NCBI GenBank assembly: GCA_964481005.1
Contig: CAYZRY010000003.1
Coordinates: forward strand, 1-61,250
Direction: 5' to 3'
From: an uncultured Muribaculaceae bacterium
Lineage (GTDB): Bacteria > Bacillota_I > Bacilli_A > RF39 > UBA660
Length of the DNA: 61,250 nucleotides
A program made the position numbers and the translations under genes. Of the stretch, positions 43,901 through 53,547 are shown piece by piece. The notes under the pieces were generated by a model that saw only the letters and a program-made list of their open reading frames with translations, searched no databases and was not told the DNA's origin. Position 1 is the stretch's first letter, and every line of letters begins with the position of its first letter.

Positions 43901-44814
43901 TGTTCCTCCTTTTTATTTTCTTTCTTCTTTTTCTTCTTAGCTTTTTTAGCTTCTTCCTTTTTCTTAACCTCTTCGATAACTAGATCGACATCGTAATCAT
44001 CAAAGAAATTATCTAGCGTTTTAATACCTTTACGTTTAGCAATCTTACGCTCTCTCCTAACCATCATAAACATCGAAGATACGACAATTATGACCAGTAG
44101 CGATAAGACTGAAACTGTTGTCAGTAATAGTTTTCCTGTATGCTCAAGTAAAATATTTAAGTAAACTGCCAGGAACTTTCCACTGTAATGCGGGATTGAT
44201 AAAACCATAAAACTTAGTAGATACATGGCAATATTTATAATCAAAGTAAATAACAATATTTTAGCTACATGGAGATTTCTCTTACTAACTAGTTTCAAAC
44301 TAACAAGTGATATTAACATCATGATGACCATCATCAGTAAAAAGGTATCTGATTGCCCCATCTTTAACATAAGTCTAACTCTAGCACTTTTATAGAAAGT
44401 GTTAAACTCATTATCTAGTCTTTCTTCGATATCACTTACACCAGTTTTTCGATAATTGATATCTAGACCACTTTCCTCGATAGCTTTTTCAAACTTAATC
44501 TGACTAATTTTTACAAAGCGATCAGGATTAACTGTTTTAGTTTGAATTAAACGATTCAAATAATCACTACTTACCTCAGTCATATCTATATACTTATGAT
44601 GTTCAAAATCGACTCCTCGTCCAATTAATATCTGTTCATTTATATCGATATCTTCATCTTTTAAAGCATTGCTAATCATTTGATCATTAACCATCTTAGC
44701 AATAAAACCATCATTACCAATTTCTTTTGAAACGAATATCACGGTCAATAATGTCACACTCAAAAAAAGTGTAATTGAAAAAATAAAATTTAATATCTGT
44801 CTAACTATTTTCAT
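43897..44814 (-). CDS. Hypothetical membrane protein
   Basis: Start moved to MKIVRQ; one N-terminal and three C-terminal TM segments; Lys-rich tail. Confidence 0.75.
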   Translation of the reverse strand: MKIVRQILNFIFSITLFLSVTLLTVIFVSKEIGNDGFIAKMVNDQMISNALKDEDIDINEQILIGRGVDFEHHKYIDMTEVSSDYLNRLIQTKTVNPDRFVKISQIKFEKAIEESGLDINYRKTGVSDIEERLDNEFNTFYKSARVRLMLKMGQSDTFLLMMVIMMLISLVSLKLVSKRNLHVAKILLFTLIINIAMYLLSFMVLSIPHYSGKFLAVYLNILLEHTGKLLLTTVSVLSLLVIIVVSSMFMMVRRERKIAKRKGIKTLDNFFDDYDVDLVIEEVKKKEEAKKAKKKKKKENKKEEQ

Positions 44815-44891
44815 ATACTCACCTATTATAATTATAGCATAATAAATTAAAAAACAAGAAAGGTATTTCTTGTTTTTACTTAAACTGACAC

Positions 44892-45296
44892 CTACAAAAT
44901 AGTTGGTGCTAGCCACTGAAAATATTCAGTATTTCTTAAAACTCCATACAGTAAGGCTAAGATGATAAAAACGATAATTATATTGGAGTCTACTATATCT
45001 TCGTTTTGCTTATCATATACGTATGCTTTTATCTGCTCCATAATAAGTAGTATTGCTACTGGCAAAAATATTACTACTAGAGCATTGTATCTAATTGCTT
45101 GATAGACATCGAGACTAAGCAGTGAAACTAGAGCTCTTGTTATTCCGCATCCCGGACAATAAAGACCTGTTAACTCATGAAAAAGACATGGAATACCAAT
45201 TCCAAAGAATTTAAATATAGCGGCATAAGCAATTATTAATAATATACTTATTCCAACAAATAAAATTACTTTTTTCTTTCTTACTTCCATATCCAA
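44892..45296 (-). CDS. DUF2752-domain membrane protein
   Basis: IPCLFHELTGLYCPGCGITRA signature. Confidence 0.92.
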   Translation of the reverse strand: MDMEVRKKKVILFVGISILLIIAYAAIFKFFGIGIPCLFHELTGLYCPGCGITRALVSLLSLDVYQAIRYNALVVIFLPVAILLIMEQIKAYVYDKQNEDIVDSNIIIVFIILALLYGVLRNTEYFQWLAPTIL

Positions 45297-45324
45297 AAAA
45301 AGAATATTACTATTCTTTCCTTTC

Positions 45325-45687
45325 TTAAGCTACTACTTCTGTCGCTTGAACTTCTTCATTTAGAGTTTGTTGAACTAAACAGTAAGTTACTATTGATAAT
45401 CCAACTAGCTGAAGTATCAAGAATAATATACTTTGATCTTCGGCCATTTGACCTTTAGTTTGCTTGTATTCACTAAGTGATTTACCCATGTTGTAAGCCC
45501 AAATGTAACTATAGATACCACAAGTTACAAGTGATAATAAGAAGGCTGTTCCTCCGCTTGTAAGTCTAGTACTCTTAGTTAATAATTTTGTTTCATCAGT
45601 TATTGCGATAAACCAAAAAATTCCGTAAATACCACAAGTTACAAGTGTCAATAAAATGGCTGTCACTATGTCTCTTCTCTTAATCAT
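45325..45687 (-). CDS. DUF4234-domain membrane protein
   Basis: LTLVTCGIYGIFW and LSLVTCGIYSYIW internal repeat; adjacent to DUF2752. Start moved to MIKRRD. Confidence 0.88.
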   Translation of the reverse strand: MIKRRDIVTAILLTLVTCGIYGIFWFIAITDETKLLTKSTRLTSGGTAFLLSLVTCGIYSYIWAYNMGKSLSEYKQTKGQMAEDQSILFLILQLVGLSIVTYCLVQQTLNEEVQATEVVA

Positions 45688-45731
45688 AAAATCCCTTTCT
45701 AAGTTAAATATAACACATGAAGATACTTGTA

Positions 45732-46286
45732 TCAATCAATTTTAAGATTTGTTAAGTCCTTGACAATCAAGTCTTTATTATTACTTTCTCCCCACATGAT
45801 AAATTCATTAAAACTATTACCATCTTGATATAAAAATATCTTAATAAACATTTCTAAACCATCCTTAGTATATAGATAACTAGTTGTTTTACCTGCCTTG
45901 CCATCGATAGTTAAATCACTTGTTACTTCTTTAGATGCTCCGTATATCTCGGCATTGGCATCAAGAATCTTTTTAACATAATCATCAAAACTACGATAGT
46001 TTCTTTGATCGTGAGCAAGATAGACAAAATATATATCCTTTTCACTATTAATCATCTCTAGTGAAGCTTCTTTGTTTAACGAAAATTTATCTGCTACCGA
46101 ATAGTCACTTTCAAAATAAACTACTCTATTTTTTTCATATGTTTTAACAATTGTCTTTGGCTTTGTCTGAGGTAATACAATCGAATGTGAAACATTAATT
46201 GCTGTGTAGATACTAAGTATCAATATACATATTGAAATAGAAACAAATAAGACTATTATAAAATTTGTTTTATCGAATTTTTTCAT
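45732..46286 (-). CDS. Hypothetical membrane-anchored protein (possibly PsbP/DcrB-like fold)
   Basis: N-terminal TM; LTIDGKAGKTTSY pattern. Confidence 0.6.
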   Translation of the reverse strand: MKKFDKTNFIIVLFVSISICILILSIYTAINVSHSIVLPQTKPKTIVKTYEKNRVVYFESDYSVADKFSLNKEASLEMINSEKDIYFVYLAHDQRNYRSFDDYVKKILDANAEIYGASKEVTSDLTIDGKAGKTTSYLYTKDGLEMFIKIFLYQDGNSFNEFIMWGESNNKDLIVKDLTNLKID

Positions 46287-46292
46287 TCTTAA

Positions 46293-47588
46293 TTATTTAC
46301 CTTTCACTGTTGGAACAATTAGTTCTTTACCACCCATGTAAGGCCTTAATGCTAGTGGAACTTTGATACTTCCATCAGCTTGGTAGTTATTCTCAATTAA
46401 AGCAATCAAACCTCTAGGACTAGCTAAAACAGTGTTGTTAAGAGTTGCTAAGAACTGATTACCTTCGTCTGTTTTCATACGTATTCCAAGGCGCCGAGCT
46501 TGTGCATCACCTAGAGTTGAACAAGAACCAACTTCAAAATACTTTTGTTGTCTTGGACTCCATGCTTCAATATCACATGATTTAACCTTCAAATCAGCAA
46601 GGTCACCACTACAACATTCAAGTGTTCTAACTGGTACATCTAAATTTCTAAAATATTCGACAGTGTATGCCCACATTTTATCGTACCACTGCATAGCTTC
46701 TTCAGGTTTGCATAAAACGACCATCTCTTGTTTTTCAAACTGATGAACTCTGTATATTCCACGTTCTTCAAGACCGTGAGCACCGACTTCTTTTCTAAAA
46801 CATGGTGAGTAAGATGTCATTTTAATGGGTAATTCTGCTTCATTAATTATTTGATCTTTAAACTTACCGATCATTGAATGTTCTGATGTACCGATTAAAT
46901 AAAGATCTTCTCCTTCAATTTTATACATCATATTATTCATCTCAGCAAAACTCATAACACCGGTTACGACATCACTTCTAATCATAAATGGTGGCAAACA
47001 ATAAGTAAAACCTTTATCGATCATGAAGTCTCTGGCATAACTAATTAGGGCTGAATGAAGTCTAGCAATATCACCAATTAAATAATAGAAACCATTACCA
47101 CTAGTTCTTCCTGAACTCTCTTTATCTAGTCCCCCAAAAGTTTCACAAATATCGGCATGGTATGGCACTTCGTAAGTTGGTACAAAAGCCTCTCCAAAAC
47201 GCTCTACTTCGACATTTTCAGTATCATTTTTACCAATCGGTACTGTATCATCGATTATATTTGGAATGACCATCATAATATCTTTAACCTTGATGGCAAT
47301 TTCTTTTTCTTGTTCTTCGATAGAAACTAACTGCTTGTTAATGTCTGCTACTTCTTCTTTAATTTTATTTGCTTCATCAATATTCTTATCACGCATCAAC
47401 TGACCAATTAAATTACTTTGTTCATTGCGTGCTTTTCGCAAATTATCTCCATTTAACTGGAGATTTCTTCGCTCTTCATCCAAACGAATAACTTCATCAA
47501 CTAATGGAAGTTTATCATCTTGAAATTTCTTTTTTATATTATTTTTAACAACCTCTGGATTGTCTCTTAAAAATTTTATATCTATCAT
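46293..47588 (-). CDS. serS: Serine--tRNA ligase
   Basis: MIDIKFLR, N-terminal coiled arm, LIGTSEH, CFRKEVG...RVHQFEKQE, YFEVGSCS, TLNNT. Confidence 0.98.
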   Translation of the reverse strand: MIDIKFLRDNPEVVKNNIKKKFQDDKLPLVDEVIRLDEERRNLQLNGDNLRKARNEQSNLIGQLMRDKNIDEANKIKEEVADINKQLVSIEEQEKEIAIKVKDIMMVIPNIIDDTVPIGKNDTENVEVERFGEAFVPTYEVPYHADICETFGGLDKESSGRTSGNGFYYLIGDIARLHSALISYARDFMIDKGFTYCLPPFMIRSDVVTGVMSFAEMNNMMYKIEGEDLYLIGTSEHSMIGKFKDQIINEAELPIKMTSYSPCFRKEVGAHGLEERGIYRVHQFEKQEMVVLCKPEEAMQWYDKMWAYTVEYFRNLDVPVRTLECCSGDLADLKVKSCDIEAWSPRQQKYFEVGSCSTLGDAQARRLGIRMKTDEGNQFLATLNNTVLASPRGLIALIENNYQADGSIKVPLALRPYMGGKELIVPTVKGK

Positions 47589-48031
47589 TATTTGTTCTCC
47601 TTATTTAATCTGTTAATTATTTTTTGGTAGGATCTACGATATTTATCTTGTCTAATTAGATCATTATCTTTAATTTCTGGAAGTCTTGTCATATCCATAT
47701 TGTCTTCAAGATCAGATAATTTTACTTCCATTGCTGCTATATTATCACTAGCTATTATATAGTCGATAAACTCATCGTAACTACCATGGTTATTAGTAAG
47801 TATTTTAACTATTTCCACTACTTCTTCAGTAAAGCCCATGGACAGTAAATCCTCGGCTGTAACTTCGGTATCTTCGATGACATCATGCAAAATAGCAGCT
47901 ACTTTTCTTGTTTCATCTTCAAATTTGTCACTACTTCGATAAAGATGACCTGTATAAGGTTTACCTGCTCTATCAACTTTTTCTTTGAATAGTTCTTCGA
48001 CTAATTCTTTGGCCATAATTAACTGATTCAT
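47588..48031 (-). CDS. Small stand-alone HD protein of the RelA/SpoT hydrolase (Mesh1/SAH-like) type
   Basis: DRAGKPYTGHL, AAILHDVIEDT, VKLSDLEDN; stop overlaps the serS ATG. Confidence 0.85.
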   Translation of the reverse strand: MNQLIMAKELVEELFKEKVDRAGKPYTGHLYRSSDKFEDETRKVAAILHDVIEDTEVTAEDLLSMGFTEEVVEIVKILTNNHGSYDEFIDYIIASDNIAAMEVKLSDLEDNMDMTRLPEIKDNDLIRQDKYRRSYQKIINRLNKENK

Positions 48032-48047
48032 ATTTCCCTACTTTCTA

Positions 48048-48240
48048 CAAAAAAAAGACTAGCTTGGGAGCACATTTGCGCGATACCACCCCATTTAGTC
48101 TCATCTTGTCTAACGGCATTACCCGGAATATATTAAATTCTCTCATGAGTAGATTTCGTGTGATAACTTCATCTGCTTACACCAAGCGCAGACTCTCTAG
48201 GAGAAGACTATTCACATTACTAATCTCAATCAACGATTTC
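48048..48240 (-). promoter_or_regulatory. T-box riboswitch (Ser specifier UCU) upstream of HD-serS
   Basis: AATGGGGTGGTATCGCG T-box at 48079-48095; AGAGAG bulge; TCTGC/GCAGA apical hairpin; specifier loop GAAAUCUA (codon at 48151-48153). Confidence 0.92.
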
Positions 48241-48276
48241 ATTATAATTCTAACATGTTTAATATAAATTGACAAT

Positions 48277-49563
48277 CTATTTATAATCTTCAAAAAGCTT
48301 ATCGATTTCCTCTTGCTCTTCATCAGATAAAGGACTACTTGAAAGATCAGCTTCAAACCATGTTGGAATATCACTAACTTTTTCATCTTTTTTAACTTTG
48401 TTTTTATTAGGAACTCTATTATTTTTTTTGTATTCCTTCTCACATATTTTCATAGCTTCCTCGACTGTTTCAATGTTTAATCGATTCCACTGCGAAGCAA
48501 TTGTTTCAACATAAGCTCTATTAAATTTTTGATTGTTAATTTGCAGCACATAAGATATTAAAACATTTATTACACCAGGTTTTAACTTGTAATTAATCAT
48601 CAAATCTTCGATTATTTTAAGCTCTCTAGCACTTGGCTCAGCATCTTTATATTTACTCTTTAAATAATCGTAAGGAGTGATGTTTTCAAAAGTGTAAATT
48701 AATTTAGCACGATTGGAAATGTCTCCCTTAGGTTTCTTCAAATAATCAGGTTGTTTACTATATATTAATGTTGGTAGTTTACCAGCATTTTCAAACTGAT
48801 AGTAATTACGACTAGCTTTACGCAGCTCATTTTGATCAATTAGACCTTTTTCATTTAGACTATTTCTAACAAGTACTTGCATGTTCAAATCATCGATATC
48901 ATATATATATGCTAGTGAATTAATTAAGTATTTAACCTCTTCATTAAAAGTTTTATCACTAATCAACGCTTTTGGAATGCTCGATATTAACATATCAAAA
49001 TCGATACTTGTCGATATATCTAACTTGTTTGTTTCACGATTTATGATATTGTCGTTTTCACCAAAAATTTGTCCTGCTTGGGGACTGAAACATTCACTGA
49101 AGCTCGTACTAATATCTTCATAACCCTTAACATTAATGTTAGGTACTTTGAAGTAATCGACAATTTTATGATATTCACTCTTACCTAAGTTATTGTATAA
49201 AACGACATTTAGTACTGGATGATTAAAAAACTCAAGCGGTGATACTGGTGAATAAAGGACATAGACGTAAGATGAAATATCGCCAGTTTTAACATAGGTT
49301 TTAAGTAGTCCTATAGCTTCTAGTTTTTCTCTTGCAACAATTATACTTTCTAATTTTAACTGAAGTATCTTCATCAAATGATGATGAGTTTCTTCTTTAG
49401 TCATCAGTTGCTGCTTAACTGTTTCATCAAGTAAAGTATAATAGAGACTGACAGCTCTACTACCAATTATTGGTTGGTACAAAAGAGTAATTAAGTTTTT
49501 GTCATAATCAGTAATTATTGTCTTGTTAACTACTGTATATGTATCTGCTGGTAAAATCGTCAT
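48277..49563 (-). CDS. dnaB: Replication initiation / helicase-loader protein DnaB (Bacillus type)
   Basis: LLYQPIIG, AREKLEAIGLLKTY, YVLYSP, PGVINVLISYVL, YVETIASQW. Confidence 0.92.
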   Translation of the reverse strand: MTILPADTYTVVNKTIITDYDKNLITLLYQPIIGSRAVSLYYTLLDETVKQQLMTKEETHHHLMKILQLKLESIIVAREKLEAIGLLKTYVKTGDISSYVYVLYSPVSPLEFFNHPVLNVVLYNNLGKSEYHKIVDYFKVPNINVKGYEDISTSFSECFSPQAGQIFGENDNIINRETNKLDISTSIDFDMLISSIPKALISDKTFNEEVKYLINSLAYIYDIDDLNMQVLVRNSLNEKGLIDQNELRKASRNYYQFENAGKLPTLIYSKQPDYLKKPKGDISNRAKLIYTFENITPYDYLKSKYKDAEPSARELKIIEDLMINYKLKPGVINVLISYVLQINNQKFNRAYVETIASQWNRLNIETVEEAMKICEKEYKKNNRVPNKNKVKKDEKVSDIPTWFEADLSSSPLSDEEQEEIDKLFEDYK

Positions 49564-49594
49564 AAGTACCTCCCTACTTGTTATATTATAGCAT

Positions 49595-49623
49595 AAAAAA
49601 TAGTTGAAGTTTTCAACTATTTC
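49595..49623 (-). terminator. Intrinsic terminator after ileS
   Basis: AAAATAGTTGAA-GTT-TTCAACTATTTT. Confidence 0.8.
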
Positions 49624-52600
49624 TCTATCTTTTCCACAGATATTTTGACATTTATATCATTTAGTTCAAGTTCATTTGTTGCTTTACTACTTTCAATAAA
49701 TGCTTCGGCAAGTGTTTCATCTTTGATAAGTGTTTCAAAACTATTTAAAACTTTTTCAAGTTCACTATTAGCTTCGTATAAGATATTTATACGATCAACT
49801 ATTTCGAAGTCACTACTCTTTCTCATCTGTTGAACTTTCGAAATTAATTCTCTAGCTCTTCCCTCGACAAGTAGCTCTTCGCTTAAGTGAGTATTTAGAA
49901 TGATGAAGTTGTTGCCAGCTTGACTAGCATTAAAGCCCTCTTTAGAACTTATTCTAACTTCGACCATCTCAGTTGTTAAATTATGATTTTCACCGGCTAC
50001 TTCGATTGATACTTCGACTCCATTTTCAAGTTTTAACACATCAGCATAAGTTAAAGCATTAATTTTAGCCGCTGCTTCTTTCATGTTAGAACCAAAGATC
50101 GGACCACACAATTTAAAGTTTGCTTTAATTTCAAAGTCCATATACTCAGATAAATCTTCGACGAAGACGATCTTTTTAACGTTCAACTCTTCTTCAATTA
50201 ATGAAACTAGATCATCGATAATAGCTTTGTTTTTAGCATCTAAATATATTTCATTAAGTGGTTGTCTTACCTTGATACGAGCTTCTTCTCTAGCATTTCT
50301 TCCAAGTGAGATTAAGTCTCTGACAAGATCCATTTTCTCTTCAATATGACTATCGATATACTTTTCATCATATTTAGGGAAATCAGCTAAATGAACACTT
50401 TCTGCATCACTTAGTGCCAAGTAAATTTCTTCTGAAATAAACGGTACAATCGGAGCTATCATTTCAGCTAATCCAAATAGCACTTCGTAAGTTGTCTTAT
50501 AGACAGCTTTTTTACTTAGATCTAGTTCACTTGACCAAAAACGACGACGATTACGACGAATATACCAGTTAGATAAGTCTTCACTTACAAAATTAGTAAT
50601 AGCTCTGACAACTTTGTGCAAGTCGTATACTTCGTAACTTTCAGTTACATACTTAAGTAAGTTGTGATATTTAGATAATAACCATTTATCGATTTCTTCA
50701 AGCTCATCGTACGCTACTTCGAAAGTGCGTGGATCGACTTTGTCAGTGTTAGCATATAGAGCAAAGAAATTATAGGTATTACGAAGTGGATTAAAGAATT
50801 TTGAATAAACTTCTTTAAGACCCTCTTCATCAAATTTAAGGGGTGTCCAAACTGGTGAAACATAAGGCAAATACCAGCGAATTGTGTCTGCCCCATACTG
50901 CTTCATCAAAGCAAATGGATCGAGGACATTACCTTTAGATTTACTCATCTTCTTCCCATCTTTATCAAGTAGTAAGTCATTTACTAGAACATTTTTATAT
51001 GGTGATTTTCCCATAACGAAGCTAGATATAGCCATTAGTGAGTAGAACCAACCTCTTGTTTGATCAATTCCTTCACAGATGAAATCAGCTGGGAATTGTG
51101 TTTCGAATAATTCTTTATTTTCAAATGGATAATGGTACTGTGCAAACGGCATAGCTCCACTATCAAACCAGCAATCGATAACTTCTTCAACGCGGTGCAT
51201 TTCGCCACCACATTTAGAACACTTAAGCACTATCTCATCGACAAACGGACGGTGAAGATCGATATTTTCTGGAATTTCGCTTATCGCTTTTTCACACATT
51301 TCATCACGTGATCCAATCATCTCTTCATGACCACAAGAACATTTCCATAAAGGAAGGGGTGTTCCCCAGTATCTGTTTCTAGAGATTGCCCAATCATTTA
51401 GATTCTCTAGCCAGTTAGCAAATCTTTTCTCTCCGACAAAATCAGGATACCAAGTAACTGACTTATTATTTTCAATAATTGTATCTTTATACTTAGTGAC
51501 TGCTAAGTAATAGCTTTCTTTAGCTGAATACATAAGTGGTGTATCACAGCGCCAACAATGTGGATAATTATGACTGAATTTAACTTTCTTAAACAGTCTA
51601 TCATTTTCTTTTAAGTATTTGATAACTTCAGCATCTGCTTCAAAAATATTCATTCCCTTCCACAAACCATCATTGAACTTACCACTTTCATCAACTGGAT
51701 TAAAGAATGGTAAATCATACTTCTTACCAATATTGTAATCATCTTGTCCAAATGCCGGAGCAATATGAACTATTCCAGTTCCATCATCCATCGATACATA
51801 ATTATCGACAGTTACATAGAAACCTTTATTATCTGAACTAAGTGACGGAATTAATTGATCATACTCAGTGTATTCTAAATCTCTTCCCTTATACTTTTCA
51901 AGTACTTCGACTTCTTCACCTAAAACCTGTGAAAGAAGTTTCTCAGCTAGGATAAACTTGTATCCCCCACTTTGTACTTTGACATAAGTCTCATCTGGAT
52001 TAACACAGATTGCAGTATTAGAAATAAGTGTCCATGGCGTAGTTGTCCAAACAAGAAAGTATGCATCTTCATCTTTCTTTTTGAAAGTGACAATAACACT
52101 GTTAACATCTACTTCTTTGTACCCTTGGGCTACTTCATGAGAAGCAAGACCTGTTTCACATCTTGGACAGTATGGAAGAATCTTGTGACCTTGATAAAAT
52201 AGTCCTTCATCAAAGTATTTTTTAAGTATCCACCATTCAGTTTCAATATAATCATCATGATAAGTAACATACGGATTATCCAAATCGATAAACTGTCCCA
52301 TCTTTGTTGTCAAATCAGAGAAAGCTTTTTCATTAGTCCATACAGCTTCACGACACTTTTGATTGAACTCTTTAATTCCATATTTTTCAATTTCTTGTTT
52401 ACCACTAAAACCAAGTTCTTTTTCAACTTGTACTTCGACTGGCAAACCATGAGTATCCCATCCTACTTTACGTAAGACTTTCTTTCCTTGCATGGCCTTA
52501 TACTTACAGAAAGTATCTTTAAGGAACTTTGCAACCATGTGATGAAGTCCAGGCATTCCATTAGCCGTAGCTGGCCCATCGTAAAAGACCCAATAATCAT

Positions 52601-52706
52601 CTCTACTATTGATCGACTTTTCCAATATATTCATTTTTCTCCAGTTCTCAGAGAATTTCTCCTCAACTAGATGTGTTTTTTCTTTTGATAATTCTTTAAA
52701 TAGCAT
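49617..52706 (-). CDS. ileS: Isoleucine--tRNA ligase, type 2 (IleRS2), non-canonical GLHH motif
   Basis: YDGPATANGMPGLHH, GWDTHGLPVE, WTTTPWTL, GTGIVHIAP, EGIDQTRGWFY, KMSKS; IleRS2-type C-terminus. Start moved to the ATG at 52706 (GGAGG RBS). Confidence 0.97.
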   Translation of the reverse strand: MLFKELSKEKTHLVEEKFSENWRKMNILEKSINSRDDYWVFYDGPATANGMPGLHHMVAKFLKDTFCKYKAMQGKKVLRKVGWDTHGLPVEVQVEKELGFSGKQEIEKYGIKEFNQKCREAVWTNEKAFSDLTTKMGQFIDLDNPYVTYHDDYIETEWWILKKYFDEGLFYQGHKILPYCPRCETGLASHEVAQGYKEVDVNSVIVTFKKKDEDAYFLVWTTTPWTLISNTAICVNPDETYVKVQSGGYKFILAEKLLSQVLGEEVEVLEKYKGRDLEYTEYDQLIPSLSSDNKGFYVTVDNYVSMDDGTGIVHIAPAFGQDDYNIGKKYDLPFFNPVDESGKFNDGLWKGMNIFEADAEVIKYLKENDRLFKKVKFSHNYPHCWRCDTPLMYSAKESYYLAVTKYKDTIIENNKSVTWYPDFVGEKRFANWLENLNDWAISRNRYWGTPLPLWKCSCGHEEMIGSRDEMCEKAISEIPENIDLHRPFVDEIVLKCSKCGGEMHRVEEVIDCWFDSGAMPFAQYHYPFENKELFETQFPADFICEGIDQTRGWFYSLMAISSFVMGKSPYKNVLVNDLLLDKDGKKMSKSKGNVLDPFALMKQYGADTIRWYLPYVSPVWTPLKFDEEGLKEVYSKFFNPLRNTYNFFALYANTDKVDPRTFEVAYDELEEIDKWLLSKYHNLLKYVTESYEVYDLHKVVRAITNFVSEDLSNWYIRRNRRRFWSSELDLSKKAVYKTTYEVLFGLAEMIAPIVPFISEEIYLALSDAESVHLADFPKYDEKYIDSHIEEKMDLVRDLISLGRNAREEARIKVRQPLNEIYLDAKNKAIIDDLVSLIEEELNVKKIVFVEDLSEYMDFEIKANFKLCGPIFGSNMKEAAAKINALTYADVLKLENGVEVSIEVAGENHNLTTEMVEVRISSKEGFNASQAGNNFIILNTHLSEELLVEGRARELISKVQQMRKSSDFEIVDRINILYEANSELEKVLNSFETLIKDETLAEAFIESSKATNELELNDINVKISVEKIEK

Positions 52707-52716
52707 ATTTTCCTCC

Positions 52717-52915
52717 AAAAAAAATCATTCTTCCCCAAAGGACGAATGATCGTGGTACCACCTTAATTACTTCTCAAAACTATAACGCGTTACCGTCTCT
52801 ATCTTCATAGAGAACATTGAAAGTGATCTGAAAAATCTTTAATTATCTAATTCCACCAAACTTAGACTCTCTGTAAATATTATAATTTTTCCGTCTTTCG
52901 CACTTGTTTTAACTA
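52717..52915 (-). promoter_or_regulatory. T-box riboswitch (Ile specifier AUC) upstream of ileS
   Basis: AAGGTGGTACCACG at 52751-52764; AGAGAG bulge; TCTAA/TTAGA apical hairpin; specifier AUC at 52825-52827; terminator ATCATTC...GAATGAT + U run. Confidence 0.93.
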
Positions 52916-52933
52916 ATGACTAATATATCATAT

Positions 52934-53500
52934 TTATAGTTCTTTTTCAAGCTCTAGTATATACTTTTCTACTTCTAACCAATCTTTAGCTCTCGGCGAA
53001 CTTGTTTCAAAATTTTCGTTTAATGGCGAAGTAAAAAGTAATGTTTTAATCCCGGCATTTCTAATCGTTTCGATAGTAGATAATTTATCATCAATCATCA
53101 GGTCTATCTCGTGATAAACGCAATCTTCGACTTTATCGAAAGCTCCGGTAATCAGTTTATCATGAGGAATGTTGTAATCCCTCAAGTAGTCGATAGTCAT
53201 ATCGATAGCTTTAGTAAGATCATCACTGCGAGCTGTTATGATATATATTTCATGACGCTCCTTAAGCCTATTTAAGACATCCAGTGCATATTCTTTGACT
53301 AGCGCTGACTCGGCTATTTGCCTAAAGTGATCTTTAACAAAGTTGATTGATTTTGAATCCTGGAAATCACTGAGCAAAACTAATTTTGTTTGTTCGTGAA
53401 TATCATCTTTATCACTGTAATCTAAATGCTCGATTAAATATTCTTCGATTCTTTTAGATGTATCTACAATTGTATCATCTATATCTATGCCTATTCTCAT
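52934..53500 (-). CDS. HAD-family 5'(3')-nucleotidase-like protein
   Basis: MRIGIDIDDTI (DxD), YIITARS, LMIDD. Start moved to 53500 (GAGG RBS, TGATATAAT upstream). Confidence 0.87.
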   Translation of the reverse strand: MRIGIDIDDTIVDTSKRIEEYLIEHLDYSDKDDIHEQTKLVLLSDFQDSKSINFVKDHFRQIAESALVKEYALDVLNRLKERHEIYIITARSDDLTKAIDMTIDYLRDYNIPHDKLITGAFDKVEDCVYHEIDLMIDDKLSTIETIRNAGIKTLLFTSPLNENFETSSPRAKDWLEVEKYILELEKEL

Positions 53501-53547
53501 CTGCCAACCTCGTGAAAAGATTATATCATAATAATTTAAAAAAGATA

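Noticed and set aside
52707-52718. ORF-track N-terminal extensions (ileS TTG 52718; also 4046, 10760, 21346, 28673, 43266, 44916, 45735, 53551, 61032)
   Set aside because: A downstream ATG with a good Shine-Dalgarno fits family N-termini better, and several extensions run through promoters, RBSs or neighbouring genes.
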